A stretch of DNA of 64,000 nucleotides, taken from Polyangiaceae bacterium. Its GTDB lineage: Bacteria; Myxococcota_A; Polyangia; Polyangiales; Polyangiaceae. The notes under the pieces are model-generated. The model made no database searches, was not told where the DNA came from, and saw only the letters and a program-made list of their open reading frames with translations. The DNA lies in NCBI GenBank assembly GCA_050183255.1, contig JBFXBK010000005.1, positions 1,203 through 65,202 on the forward strand. The letters are read 5' to 3'. Both the position numbers and the translations under genes were made by a program. Positions 44,452 to 54,839 of the stretch are shown here, in pieces; position 1 is the first letter of the stretch, and every line of letters starts with the position of its first letter.

Positions 44452-47364
44452 ATGTCAGGACCTGAACCAGCACCGAACGCCATGAGCCTCGCCTTCGTCG
44501 AGGAGCTGTACGCCGACTACCTGCAGGATCCCAACAGCGTGCCCGAGGACTGGCGCGCCTACTTCGCGGGTACCGACGGCAATGGCTTCAAGGGGCAGCT
44601 GGGCCCGAGCTTCGCGCCCGCCAGCGTCTTCAATCCGCCGTCTCCCCGAGGAAACGGCGCTCAGGAGGAGATCCCCTCCGCAGCGCCTGCGCTGGTGGAT
44701 CGGGGGCGCTCCGGGCCTCCGCTGGCACCCGAGACTCAGATGAAGCACGCGCCCCTCGGCTCGATGCGTCCGGTGGGTGACGTGAGCGAGCTTGCTATCA
44801 AGCAGGACCGCGTCGACCAGTTGATTCGCGCCTACCGGGTGCGCGGCCACATGATCGCCAGGATCGATCCGCTCGATCTGCCAAGGGGTGAAGAGCCGCC
44901 CGAGCTGGCGCCGGAGTTCTACGGGTTGACTGAGGGTGACCTCGACCGCCGCTTCTCGAGCCGCACCATCTACGGCACCGAAACGCTGACGCTGCGTGAG
45001 ATCATCGACCGCCTGAAGGCAACCTACTGTCAGTCGGTCGGAGTGCAGTTCATGCACATCGACGATCTAGCAACCAAGAACTGGCTGCAAGAGCGGATGG
45101 AGGGCGTCGACAATCGCATCACGCTCTCTCACGATGAGCAGCGCCGTATTCTCTTGAAGCTCACCGACGCGGTGATGCTCGAGGAGTTCGTGCAGAAGAA
45201 GTTCCTGGGCGCGAAGAGCTTCTCCCTCGAAGGCTCGGAGAGCTTGATCCCGCTGCTCGATCTCATGATCGACCGCGCGGCTGAGCACGGCGTGAACGAG
45301 ATCGTGCTCGGGATGGCACACCGCGGGCGCCTCAACGTGCTCGCGAACATCATGGGCAAGAGCCCGCGCGACATCTTCCGCGAGTTCGAAGACGTGGACC
45401 CGGAACTCTACCGCGGCAGCGGCGATGTGAAGTATCACATGGGCTACAGCTCCGACTACACCACTTCCACGGGGAGCAAGCTGCACCTGTCGCTGTGCTT
45501 CAACCCGAGCCACTTGGAGTTCGTAAACCCAGTGGTTCAAGGTCGCGTGCGCGCCAAGCAGGATCGCGCTGGAGACATCGAGCGCCTGACGAAGATCCCG
45601 GTGCTGATTCACGGCGATGCGGCGTTCGCGGGCGAAGGCATCGTGCAAGAGACGCTCAACCTGAGCGAACTCATCGCGTATCACGTCGGTGGAACCGTCC
45701 ACATCGTGGTGAACAACCAGATCGGCTTTACCACTCCGCCCTGGCAGTCGCGCTCGACGATGTACGCGACCGACGTCGCGAAGATGCTTCAGAGCCCCAT
45801 CTTCCACGTCAACGGTGAGGACCCGGACGCGGTGGCTCACGTCGTGCGTCTCGCCATGGATTTCCGCATGAAATTCAAGCGTGACGTCGTGATCGATATG
45901 TACGGCTACCGCCGTCATGGCCACAACGAGGGCGACGAACCGGCGTTCACCCAGCCGGTGCTCTATCGCGCGATTGCCCAGCGCAAGAGCGTGCGTGACG
46001 GCTACCTGGACCATTTGCTCAAGCTCGGCGGCATCACTCAGGAGGAAGCCGACCAGATCGCGGTGGACCGTCGCGACAACCTTGAGACGGAGCTGAGCGA
46101 AGCGCGCAAGCGCGACTTCGTGAAGAACGTCGACTGGCTCGGCGGCGTCTGGCAGGGCTACTGCGGTGGCGCCGAAGCGGGCGTGAAAGAGTTCGACACC
46201 GGCGTGGATCGCGACCTGTTGGTCGACCTGCTGCTGCGTCAGACCAAGGTGCCGAGCGACTTCCATCCCCACAAAAAGATCGAGCGCCTGCTCGAGCAGC
46301 GAGCCGACATGGCCGCAGGCAAGCGTGGCCTCGACTGGGGGACCGCGGAGGCTCTCGCGTTCGCAACCTTGCTGATGGAAGGCACCCGGGTTCGCATCAC
46401 TGGGCAAGACTCTGGACGTGGCACGTTTAGTCAGCGCCACGCGGTGCTCTACGACGTCGAAGATGGGCGTACGTACACGCCGCTGGCCAAGCTCTCCGCA
46501 GATCAAGCCCCCGTCGAGATCTACAACAGCCCACTGAGCGAAGCTGGCGTGATGGGCTTCGAGTGGGGCTACTCTCTCGACTGGCCCGACGGACTCGTGC
46601 TTTGGGAAGGCCAGTTCGGCGACTTCGCCAACGCCGCACAGGTGATCATCGATCAGTTCATCGTCAGCGCGGAAGACAAGTGGAAGCGCCTCAGCGGTCT
46701 GGTGCTGCTCTTGCCCCACGGATTCGAAGGGATGGGTCCAGAGCACTCGAGCGCGCGTATCGAGCGTTTCCTCACCCTGGCCGCGGAAGAGAACATCCAG
46801 ATCGTGGAGCCGAGCACACCCGCTCAGTACTTCCACTGTCTGCGCCGCCAGGCGGTCCGCAAGTGGCGCAAGCCCCTGGTCGTCTTCACTCCAAAGAGCC
46901 TGCTCCGGCATCCCGATGCGGTCAGTCCGCTAAACGAACTGGCGACGGGCCGCTTCCAGCGCGTGATCGCTGACGACCTGCCCGTTGGCGGCGGTCGCCG
47001 CGTGACACGCGTGTTCCTTTGCAGTGGCAAGGTCTACTACGAGTTGATGAAGCGCCGTGAGGAGCTCGGACGTGAGGACATCGCCATCGTGCGGATCGAG
47101 CAGTACTATCCGCTCGCCGACGAGCATATGCGCAACGCGTTGGCGCCTTACCCCGATGGTACGCCGGTGATCTGGATCCAGAACGAGCCGGAGAACATGG
47201 GCGCCTGGCGGACGCTGCGCGCGCGCTTCGGAGAGAAGATCTTCGGACGGCTGCCGTTCTCCGGTGTTTGTCGTCCAGAGTCAGCGAGCCCAGCCACTGG
47301 CTCTCCTGCGAGCCACAAGCTCGAGCAGCAAGAGCTGATGGAGCGGGCGTTCGGCGGAGCCTGA
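44452..47364 (+). CDS. sucA: 2-oxoglutarate dehydrogenase E1 component
   Basis: N-terminus [26 protein letters not shown], then [23 protein letters not shown] and [19 protein letters not shown] at 44452 (alternative at 44482). Confidence 0.93.
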   Translation: MSGPEPAPNAMSLAFVEELYADYLQDPNSVPEDWRAYFAGTDGNGFKGQLGPSFAPASVFNPPSPRGNGAQEEIPSAAPALVDRGRSGPPLAPETQMKHAPLGSMRPVGDVSELAIKQDRVDQLIRAYRVRGHMIARIDPLDLPRGEEPPELAPEFYGLTEGDLDRRFSSRTIYGTETLTLREIIDRLKATYCQSVGVQFMHIDDLATKNWLQERMEGVDNRITLSHDEQRRILLKLTDAVMLEEFVQKKFLGAKSFSLEGSESLIPLLDLMIDRAAEHGVNEIVLGMAHRGRLNVLANIMGKSPRDIFREFEDVDPELYRGSGDVKYHMGYSSDYTTSTGSKLHLSLCFNPSHLEFVNPVVQGRVRAKQDRAGDIERLTKIPVLIHGDAAFAGEGIVQETLNLSELIAYHVGGTVHIVVNNQIGFTTPPWQSRSTMYATDVAKMLQSPIFHVNGEDPDAVAHVVRLAMDFRMKFKRDVVIDMYGYRRHGHNEGDEPAFTQPVLYRAIAQRKSVRDGYLDHLLKLGGITQEEADQIAVDRRDNLETELSEARKRDFVKNVDWLGGVWQGYCGGAEAGVKEFDTGVDRDLLVDLLLRQTKVPSDFHPHKKIERLLEQRADMAAGKRGLDWGTAEALAFATLLMEGTRVRITGQDSGRGTFSQRHAVLYDVEDGRTYTPLAKLSADQAPVEIYNSPLSEAGVMGFEWGYSLDWPDGLVLWEGQFGDFANAAQVIIDQFIVSAEDKWKRLSGLVLLLPHGFEGMGPEHSSARIERFLTLAAEENIQIVEPSTPAQYFHCLRRQAVRKWRKPLVVFTPKSLLRHPDAVSPLNELATGRFQRVIADDLPVGGGRRVTRVFLCSGKVYYELMKRREELGREDIAIVRIEQYYPLADEHMRNALAPYPDGTPVIWIQNEPENMGAWRTLRARFGEKIFGRLPFSGVCRPESASPATGSPASHKLEQQELMERAFGGA

Positions 47365-47571
47365 CCGCAAGCGACACTGCTCCGCGGCCTGTGCGCGCGA
47401 CGGCGAGCCGCTTCCGGTCGCGGTTCCGCGCTCTAGGCTCTCACCAAGCAATTTGCCAAGCCGCTGCGCCTACCCGTGATAGGGTCGGCGCTGCTTTTTA
47501 CCGCGCCCGCTTCGCCGCCGAAGTGCGCTGCGCCGATCTATCCAAACCGTAGGAACAGGAGCTGGCTGACC

Positions 47572-48843
47572 ATGGCCGTCGAACTCAAAGTGCCCGAGGT
47601 GGGGGAGTCCATCACCGAGGTTCAAATCGGTGAGTGGTTGAAGAAGGTTGGTGAGGCCGTCAAGCGTGACGAGCCAGTCGTCATGATTGAAACGGACAAG
47701 GTGACGGTGGAGTTGCCGTCCCCCGTCGACGGCGTGATCACTGAGATCAAGCTCACCGCGGGCACCAACGCCAGCGTCGGAGACGTGGTTGGCTACGTGG
47801 AGGAGGGAGCTACCGCCGCGGAAACGCCCGCGGCCGCTGCGCCCGCTGCAGCGCCAGCCCCCGCTGCAGCGCCAGCCCCCGCTGCAGCGCCAGCATCTCC
47901 CCAGGGAAACGTAGGCGGTTTCGTCATGCCCGCCGCGCAGCGTGAGCTCGCGTCGCGCGGCATGGATGCTTCTCAGGTCAGCGGCAGCGGTCCTGGTGGT
48001 CGAGTGTTGAAGGAGGACGTACAGCGTGCCGCTGCCGCTCCTCAGGCCGCTCCAGCCGCAGTTCCCGCTCCAGCCGCAGTTCCCGCTCCAGCCGCAGTTC
48101 CCGCTCCAGCGCGACCGGCAGCACCGCGGGTCAGCTCCGGCGACCGCGAAGAGGAGGTCGTGGCCATGAGCCCGATGCGCAAGCGCATCGCGGAGCGCTT
48201 GGTAGAGTCTCAGCAGACCGCCGCCCTGCTCACCACTTTCAACGAGGTGGACATGAGCGAAGTCATGGCGATGCGCAAGCAGTACCAGCCGATGTTCACG
48301 GAGAAGTACGGCATCAAGCTCGGCTTCATGTCCTTCTTCGTCAAGGCCGCGTGCGACGCGCTCAAGTTGGTTCCGCAGGTAAACGCTCAGATCAGCGGGA
48401 CCGACATCGTCTATCACAACTACATGGATGTTGGCGTGGCAGTGGGCGGCGGCAAGGGCCTCGTTGTCCCGGTGATCCGCAACGCAGAACGTCTGAGCTT
48501 CGCAGAAGTCGAGCAGACGATTTCCGACTTCGGTGCGCGCGCGAAGAAGAACCAGCTCAAGCTGGACGAGCTGCAAGGCGGGACGTTTACCATCTCCAAT
48601 GGCGGCGTTTACGGCTCACTGATGTCGACGCCGATCATCAATCCGCCACAGAGCGGCATCCTCGGGCTCCACGGCATTCAGGAGCGCCCGGTGGCTCGCG
48701 ATGGACAGGTCGTCATCCGGCCGATGATGTACATCGCGCTCACCTACGATCACCGCATCATCGACGGCCGCGAAGCGGTCACCTTCTTGAAGCGCATCAA
48801 GGAGTGCGTCGAAGAACCCTCACGCATGCTCATCGAGGTGTGA
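47572..48843 (+). CDS. sucB: Dihydrolipoyllysine-residue succinyltransferase (E2 of the 2-oxoglutarate dehydrogenase complex)
   Basis: Lipoyl domain [15 protein letters not shown], Ala/Pro linkers built from 18-bp tandem repeats (about 47845-47895 and 48049-48110) and the catalytic motif YDHRIIDG. An AGGAG RBS precedes the ATG at 47572. Confidence 0.93.
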   Translation: MAVELKVPEVGESITEVQIGEWLKKVGEAVKRDEPVVMIETDKVTVELPSPVDGVITEIKLTAGTNASVGDVVGYVEEGATAAETPAAAAPAAAPAPAAAPAPAAAPASPQGNVGGFVMPAAQRELASRGMDASQVSGSGPGGRVLKEDVQRAAAAPQAAPAAVPAPAAVPAPAAVPAPARPAAPRVSSGDREEEVVAMSPMRKRIAERLVESQQTAALLTTFNEVDMSEVMAMRKQYQPMFTEKYGIKLGFMSFFVKAACDALKLVPQVNAQISGTDIVYHNYMDVGVAVGGGKGLVVPVIRNAERLSFAEVEQTISDFGARAKKNQLKLDELQGGTFTISNGGVYGSLMSTPIINPPQSGILGLHGIQERPVARDGQVVIRPMMYIALTYDHRIIDGREAVTFLKRIKECVEEPSRMLIEV

Positions 48844-48847
48844 GTCC

Positions 48848-50248
48848 ATGGCCACGAACCACGACTTGATCGTCATCGGTGCCGGGCCGGGTGGTTACAT
48901 CGCGGCCATTCGTGCCGCGCAGCTCGGCCTCAACGTTGCGTGCATCGAGTACGAGCCGATGCTGGGAGGCACTTGCCTGCGGGTCGGCTGCATTCCCAGC
49001 AAGGCGCTGCTCGAAGCCAGCGAGCTCTTCAACCAAGCGCAGAACACCTTCGGTAGTCTCGGTATTCGCCTGCCTCAGGTGCAGCTGGACTTGCCAACGA
49101 TGCTGAGTCGCAAGGACGCGGTGGTGAAGGGCCTGACGAGCGGCATCGCGGGGCTCTTCAAGAAGCACAAGATCACCCGCTACGAAGGCCACGGGCGCTT
49201 CCTCGGTACGCAGAATGGCGTCACGCGGGTTGCCGTGCGGAATGACGGCGCCGACACGGAGCTCTCGGCCGCGAAGGTGATCATCGCCACCGGCAGCAAG
49301 GTCGCGCCGCTGCGCGGCGTCGAATGGGACGGTGATCGCATTGGTGGCAGCACCGAGGCCTTGAGCTACCCCAGCGTGCCGAAGCACCTCGTCGTGATCG
49401 GCGCTGGCGTGATTGGACTCGAACTCGGTTCGGTTTGGTTGCGCCTCGGCGCCAAGGTCACCGTGCTCGAGTACCTGGACCGCATTTTGCCCGGCATGGA
49501 CACCGAGATCGCGAAGGAGGCCAAGCGCACCTTCGAGAAGCAGGGCATGGAGTTCCGCCTAGGTTCTCGCGTCACCGGTGCGCGCGCCATTGGTGACGGA
49601 GCCATCGTCGAGGTGGACGGCCAGGAGCCACTGCACTGCGACCGTGTGTTGCTCGCCGTTGGGCGCATCCCGAACACCGACGGGCTGGCGCTGGAAGCGA
49701 TCGGGCTCTCGACGGATCAGCGTGGACGTATCCCGGTTGGCGATCACTTCGACACCGGCGTGGCTGGGGTCTACGCCATCGGCGATGTGATCCGCGGGGC
49801 AATGCTCGCTCACAAGGCCGAAGAAGAGGGCGTGGCGTGTGTGGAGCACATGGTCACGGGCTACGGCCACGTGAACTACGACGCGATCCCCGGCGTGGTC
49901 TATACGTCCCCGGAGATCGCCTCCGTGGGCAAGACCGAGGACGAGCTGAAGGAAGCAAACATCCCTTATAAGAAGGGTGTGTTTCCGTTCATGGCGAACA
50001 GTCGCGCTCGCGCCATCGGTCACACCGAGGGCCGGGTGAAGATGCTTGCCCACGCGGAAACGGACCGGGTGCTCGGGGTGCACATCATCGGCGCTCACGC
50101 TGGCGACTTGATAGCCGAATGTGCAGCGGCGATTGAGTTCGGCGCGAGCAGCGAAGACGTCGCGCGTACGTGCCATGCCCACCCGACGCTTGCCGAGGCA
50201 GTGAAAGAAGCTGCGCTGTCCGTCGACAAGCGGCCGCTCAACATCTGA
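48848..50248 (+). CDS. lpdA: Dihydrolipoyl dehydrogenase (E3)
   Basis: FAD-binding motif LIVIGAGPGGY, redox disulfide GGTCLRVGCIPSK and C-terminal HAHPTLAE. Confidence 0.93.
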   Translation: MATNHDLIVIGAGPGGYIAAIRAAQLGLNVACIEYEPMLGGTCLRVGCIPSKALLEASELFNQAQNTFGSLGIRLPQVQLDLPTMLSRKDAVVKGLTSGIAGLFKKHKITRYEGHGRFLGTQNGVTRVAVRNDGADTELSAAKVIIATGSKVAPLRGVEWDGDRIGGSTEALSYPSVPKHLVVIGAGVIGLELGSVWLRLGAKVTVLEYLDRILPGMDTEIAKEAKRTFEKQGMEFRLGSRVTGARAIGDGAIVEVDGQEPLHCDRVLLAVGRIPNTDGLALEAIGLSTDQRGRIPVGDHFDTGVAGVYAIGDVIRGAMLAHKAEEEGVACVEHMVTGYGHVNYDAIPGVVYTSPEIASVGKTEDELKEANIPYKKGVFPFMANSRARAIGHTEGRVKMLAHAETDRVLGVHIIGAHAGDLIAECAAAIEFGASSEDVARTCHAHPTLAEAVKEAALSVDKRPLNI

Positions 50249-50489
50249 GCGAGGCGTTGGAGTGAGACAGCTGCTGTGCGTTCGATTGGTTGAACCTCCT
50301 GCGAGACGTGCGAAGGCGCGCTCTGCGATCGTGAAGCCACGGGAACGCGAGCTTGCGGTCGGCTGGTTGGTCGAGCTGCAACTGCCTTGAATCAGGGGCT
50401 GATCGCGACGCGCGAGTGTTCGCTCTGGGAAAGCGAAAGCGTCACTGGCGCTGCGGAATAGGATGCCTGTAGGGTGGGTTTCTCGAACC

Positions 50490-51050
50490 ATGGAACCTCA
50501 GGCAGATCTCACCCTCGTCGTCTTGGAAGAAGGCGCAATTTGGCCAGGGTGGCACGTCGCCTGCCAGTTCTCCGCCGATCTTGGTGAGGGCGCGGCGCCG
50601 CCTGCGGTGATCGCCATCGCACAGAGCCAGGGCGAAGCTGCGAGTCACTTTGCGGAGCGGGTAAGCCACCGGCTCAAGTCGCTCCCGGCAGAGCTGAACA
50701 AGCAGCGAGCGCGCTTGGCGCACGTGGTGTTGTCCACTGCTGACGTCCAGGACGCATCGGGCAAGAGCCGCGTGGCGCTCGCGAAGCGCCTGGCCCAAGT
50801 CTGCGTGAGCCACGCCGCGCGTTTCGTGTTGGCGGCGCCGCCGGCTTGTTCGCCCGCGGCTCAGCGCGATCTGTTCGCGCTGGCGGGTGGCCTGTGTGAG
50901 GTGCTCGGCTCGGCCTGCGACGTCTCCGTCAGCTTCGGCCCCGCCGAACCGCCGACGAGCGAGACCCGTCTGCGCGTCACGCGTCCCGATGGCGCCGAAC
51001 CGGTCGATTTCCAGGAGGAAATGGATCTGCGGCGTATCTCTGTTCACTAG
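50490..51050 (+). CDS. Hypothetical protein
   Basis: The plus frame has the better amino-acid composition and G/C third positions. The overlapping minus-strand ORF (50442..51047) is Arg-rich. No recognisable motif. Confidence 0.45.
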   Translation: MEPQADLTLVVLEEGAIWPGWHVACQFSADLGEGAAPPAVIAIAQSQGEAASHFAERVSHRLKSLPAELNKQRARLAHVVLSTADVQDASGKSRVALAKRLAQVCVSHAARFVLAAPPACSPAAQRDLFALAGGLCEVLGSACDVSVSFGPAEPPTSETRLRVTRPDGAEPVDFQEEMDLRRISVH

Positions 51051-51125
51051 CGGCTTGGTCCACTAGCCGGCTCTGAAGAACGCTCAGCGATTCTTGGGGG
51101 TGAGGGAGCGCCGGACCTTCCGCCG

Positions 51126-51758
51126 TCAGGCTTGCTCGGCGGGTGAGCGATGCAGCGGGACTTCGATCGCGACGTCGAGGATACCGCCGCGCAGGCCACG
51201 CCATGTGTGAACCAGCAGTGAAACGACACCCCACATCAAACCGAAGACGACCCCGCCGTCGATGATGCCGCGCCACGGTTGCGGGACGTGGCGCACCACG
51301 ATCACGATCAGCGCGATCATGCTGGTCACGCCCCACGCCGTGATCAGACCGCGCTTCGTCGCGTGAAAGTAGGCCATGCAGAACGCTGGCGCGAACAGCA
51401 CGTGCAGCGGTCTAGGATTCGCCGCCAGGTGTAGCGCGCGCCCAACCACCTTTGGGCTGAAACGTTTTTGAAATCCTCGATAGCCCTCGGCGTATCCGCT
51501 GAAGAGCAGCCAGCCGACATACAGCAATGCTTGGATTTCCGTCAGGCTGCCTTCCTTGAGCGGCTCCCACGCCAAGGGTGCGATGCGGTAGATCGCTTGG
51601 CCCAAGAACGCGACCACGCCCAGAACACCCCAGAGCATGATCAGGGTTCCGGTGAGCGTGCGCGGAGGGCCGACAGTCACGCGGGGCTTATAGCCCGCAG
51701 CCAATCCCCACGCCCTAACAACTTTGCCGCAGTTCGGCCGCCGTCTGCTGGTTGACAC
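51126..51758 (-). CDS. Integral membrane protein (about 5 TM), unknown family
   Basis: Hydrophobic segments LIMLWGVLGVVAFLGQAIY, ALLYVGWLLFSGY, VLFAPAFCMAYF, AWGVTSMIALIVIVV and GGVVFGLMWGVVSLLV. The start is uncertain (possibly the Met at 51638). Confidence 0.6.
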   Translation of the reverse strand: MSTSRRRPNCGKVVRAWGLAAGYKPRVTVGPPRTLTGTLIMLWGVLGVVAFLGQAIYRIAPLAWEPLKEGSLTEIQALLYVGWLLFSGYAEGYRGFQKRFSPKVVGRALHLAANPRPLHVLFAPAFCMAYFHATKRGLITAWGVTSMIALIVIVVRHVPQPWRGIIDGGVVFGLMWGVVSLLVHTWRGLRGGILDVAIEVPLHRSPAEQA

Positions 51759-51789
51759 GACGCGTTAGGATGCCTACCAGTACTCGGTC

Positions 51790-52845
51790 ATGGCGAAGCA
51801 ACCCCTCGCTGAGCCGCTGGCTGTCGTGGCCGGTCTACGCACGCCGTTCGTGCGTGCTGGGGGTCCGCTCGACAGCGTCGCCGCGGAGTCGCTGCTTGGG
51901 GGAGTGTTGAGCGAGCTGTTGGAGCGTTCGTCGCTCGCCCGGGGCGAGCTCGAGCTGTTGGTGTTGAGCCTGGCGGCGGAGGATGCGCTCGAGATCGACG
52001 GGCGAGAGGTCCTGCGGCGCTCGGTGTGTTCAGATCGAATTGCCGTACGGCAATATTTGCCGGGCTCATCCGATGACCTGCAGGCGCTCGAGTCGTTGGT
52101 CGAGGCGATGCAGGGTGGAGGAGTGGGCGTGGGTGCGCTGCTGGGCGCGCGGCTGCACCGTCGTGGTGTGCCCGAGCGCCTGTGGTGGCGGCTTTGGAAC
52201 TCGATCTGGGGCTTGCGTGCGACCCTGCTTCGCGTGCGCGCAGCCGGCGGCACTGGCTTCGAGTATCGGGAGGTGTTGCGCAGCTACGGCCTCGCTGCCC
52301 GCGCCTGGGGCGAGGGCCGCTTTGAAGATCAGGTAATGGCGGTTCTGATCCCGCGCGCCGCTGAGGTCGTCGCGGAGGATGACCTCCAAAAACACTTCCA
52401 GGCGGAAACGATGCGCAGCTTTGGTGTCGCTGGCTTGGTGCTGGCGACGGCGGAGCAAGTAGAATCGCGCTCGCTCCGCACTCTCGGTTGGATACGCGCC
52501 ATGGCGAGCGAGCGCGTAGGGGCAGGCGACGCGGCCCTCGCCGAGTTTGCCCTCGACGTGTTGGGAGGCCGCGAACCGAGCCTGGTGGAATACAGCGAGA
52601 TCACCGGCTGCGCCGACGCGCTGAGGCGTGGGCTACTCGCGTCAGGTGCGGAGTGGCTCGAGATGGCCGATCGCTTGAACGTGACGGGTGACAGCGCAGC
52701 GTTCGGTGATGCTGGGTGTGCGACTTTCCCCCGACAGATCATTCAGATGCTCCACGAGCTCGGGCGACGCGGGGGGGGAGTGGGGCTCTGCATTTCCGGC
52801 GGTGAACTGTCCACCGCCCTCGCGCTGGAGGTACCCGGTGGCTGA
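51790..52845 (+). CDS. Thiolase-fold (FadA/FadI-like) protein lacking the nucleophilic Cys and the catalytic His
   Basis: N-terminus LAVVAGLRTPFVRAGGPL is thiolase-like. Where FadA has NRLCGSSMQAL, this protein has RQYLPGSSDDLQAL (Cys to Pro). The C-terminal LNVTGDSAAFGDAGCATFPRQI...GLCISGG aligns with VNxNGGAIALGHPLGxSGAR...CIGGG (GHP to GDA). Confidence 0.7.
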   Translation: MAKQPLAEPLAVVAGLRTPFVRAGGPLDSVAAESLLGGVLSELLERSSLARGELELLVLSLAAEDALEIDGREVLRRSVCSDRIAVRQYLPGSSDDLQALESLVEAMQGGGVGVGALLGARLHRRGVPERLWWRLWNSIWGLRATLLRVRAAGGTGFEYREVLRSYGLAARAWGEGRFEDQVMAVLIPRAAEVVAEDDLQKHFQAETMRSFGVAGLVLATAEQVESRSLRTLGWIRAMASERVGAGDAALAEFALDVLGGREPSLVEYSEITGCADALRRGLLASGAEWLEMADRLNVTGDSAAFGDAGCATFPRQIIQMLHELGRRGGGVGLCISGGELSTALALEVPGG

Positions 52846-54784
52846 TGTGGATATGCAGTGCCTTGCGGAAACGAACGGCGCGCCCGAAGCGGTTGGTCCA
52901 GCTCTCCGTCTGGACGCCGACACCATGGAGGTCGTGCTGGGCCCCGGGTTCGAAGTGTTGGATGGCGCGCACGCGGGGGAACTCGCGTCGCGGGTCAGCC
53001 TGGCAGAGCAAGCTGGTGTTCGCGGGCTAGTGTTTCGGTTCTGCGGCGGTGAAGCGTCGCGCCTGCTTGACGCGGATCGCCTGGATGGGTTCGAGACGCC
53101 CGGCCAAGCTGAGGCCGCGCTTGAAGAGGCGACCCGCCTCGTCAGCCGCATCGAGCGAAGTCCGCTCTTGTGTATCGCGGTGATCGAGCGCGACTTGGGC
53201 GGGCCTAACCTGGAGTTGGCCCTTGCGTGTCGCCATCTTATTGCAGGTTCCGGGTTGCGTCTCGGGCTCGATGCTGCGTCCCTTGGGGTGGTACCCGCTC
53301 TCGGCGGAGCCCTGCGCCTCGCGGAGCGTCTCGGTGCACACGGCGCTCTGGCGCATTTGCTCCGCGGCGAGCTGGCAGACAGCGAGGTGGCGTGTGAAAT
53401 CGGGCTCGTCGACGAGTGCCTTGCCAGAGACGCGCTAGTCAGTGCCGCGCGGCAATGGGTGTCGAGGCCCCTGGTCGGCCGCCTTGGCGCACTTCGGGAC
53501 TGGGCGCGCGTTCGCCTTCCGTCTCGTGTATCAGCGGCGGAGATCGACAGCCGCAGCGACGTCGCGCGAGCGCTCAGAAGTCAGCTGCGTGGTGCGTTGT
53601 GGCGTGACGCTGGCCGTCAGCGCGCTGCGGCGGCGCAGGCGTTCTCGCGGTTGGTCTGCGGCGAGCAGAGCGCTGCCCTGCGTCGCCTTGCGCGGATGTT
53701 GGATGAACGCGCGCCTCGCGGTGGTTCCGCTCCCCGGGTCGCGTTGGTCGGTGGAGGCCGAGTGGGGGCGGAGCTCGCGCAGCGCACGCTGCTGGCGGGT
53801 GGTGTCCTAAGGCTGCTCGAACGGGACGAGAAGGCGCTGCTCCGCGGATCGCGGCGTGTGCGCGATGGTCTGCGCAAGTCGGGGCTGGACGGGGTGCGGC
53901 TGGAGCGCGCCATGGGCCACATGACTCACACCGCGGAGCTCTCACGGCTGGGGAGTTTCGATGTCGTGATCGAAGCGATCGCCGAAGAGTCAGTGGTCAA
54001 GCGTCGACTCCTCGACCAAGTCGCTGTGCAGCTCGCGCGTTCGACGGACGTCACGAAGACCCTGGTCACGACGAGCAGCACCCATGAGCTTTCCCGGCTC
54101 GCGTCAGGTCAGGTCACGAAGGTAGCGCTGGTTGGTCTGCACCTCGGGCTCGTGGATGAGCGTCCCTACGCGGAGCTGGTGCATGGGGATCCCGCCGCGA
54201 CGCACCAAATCGGGGCGCTCCTCAGCTCCCTTGGTTACCGTGTGGTAACGGTTTCGGATGTTGCGCCGGGCCTCTGCTTGCGTCTGGTGACTGCCTTCAT
54301 CGTCGAGGGGCTCGAGCTGGGACGTGAAGGCTTCGCGCTGAGCGACGTCGATCAAGCCGCGAGGAACTGGGGCTTTGAGCTGGGGCCTTCGGAGCTGCTT
54401 TCACGCCTCGGGCGGCGCACGTTCTCCGACTTGGTCGCGGTCGCGTTCCACCGTTCGCCTCGCAGATTTCCCGCCCCGGCGCGCTTGGAAGCCGTCTTCG
54501 AGGCGCAGCCGAAGCCGCGCCGTTGGTCGCGTCCCGCGAGCCCAGTACCCGTTGAGCGTCTTGTCTTGCGCCTCGTCGAAGAAGCTCGCAGTGCGCTCCA
54601 AGACGGCGTGGTCGCGCGACCAGAACTCGCTGATCTGGCCGCGGTCTGGGGCATGGGGTTCCCCGCATACCGTGGTGGCCCGCTACGCTTCGCGGAGACG
54701 CTCGGGGAGCGCAAGGTGCAGCGGCGACTGAGCCGCCTGGCGGCGTTGCACGGTCCGCGTTTCGAGCCGAGCGTCGTGCTGTAG
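52838..54784 (+). CDS. FadB/FadJ-like enoyl-CoA hydratase / 3-hydroxyacyl-CoA dehydrogenase fusion, divergent at several catalytic positions
   Basis: Crotonase-like DLGGPNLELALACRHLIA and GLDAASLGVVPALGG (canonical GLPE...). Rossmann motif ALVGGGRVGAELA. HAD-like GLHLGLVDERPYAELVHG and DVAPGLCLRL (canonical PGFxxNR). The GTG at 52838 overlaps the upstream stop (GTGGCTGA). Alternative starts at 52847 and 52853. Confidence 0.65.
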   Translation: MADVDMQCLAETNGAPEAVGPALRLDADTMEVVLGPGFEVLDGAHAGELASRVSLAEQAGVRGLVFRFCGGEASRLLDADRLDGFETPGQAEAALEEATRLVSRIERSPLLCIAVIERDLGGPNLELALACRHLIAGSGLRLGLDAASLGVVPALGGALRLAERLGAHGALAHLLRGELADSEVACEIGLVDECLARDALVSAARQWVSRPLVGRLGALRDWARVRLPSRVSAAEIDSRSDVARALRSQLRGALWRDAGRQRAAAAQAFSRLVCGEQSAALRRLARMLDERAPRGGSAPRVALVGGGRVGAELAQRTLLAGGVLRLLERDEKALLRGSRRVRDGLRKSGLDGVRLERAMGHMTHTAELSRLGSFDVVIEAIAEESVVKRRLLDQVAVQLARSTDVTKTLVTTSSTHELSRLASGQVTKVALVGLHLGLVDERPYAELVHGDPAATHQIGALLSSLGYRVVTVSDVAPGLCLRLVTAFIVEGLELGREGFALSDVDQAARNWGFELGPSELLSRLGRRTFSDLVAVAFHRSPRRFPAPARLEAVFEAQPKPRRWSRPASPVPVERLVLRLVEEARSALQDGVVARPELADLAAVWGMGFPAYRGGPLRFAETLGERKVQRRLSRLAALHGPRFEPSVVL

Positions 54785-54839
54785 TCGCAGCCACCAGAAA
54801 GTCGCTCAAGGGTCGACGTACGTAGCCGATCTCGGAGGC

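Noticed and set aside
45067-46911. 614-aa ORF antisense to sucA
   Set aside because: It is a shadow frame. sucA is unambiguous on the plus strand.
50442-51047. 201-aa minus-strand ORF overlapping the 50490..51050 plus-strand hypothetical gene
   Set aside because: The minus-frame product is strongly Arg-rich and the plus frame has more protein-like composition. I favour the plus-strand call, but only weakly.
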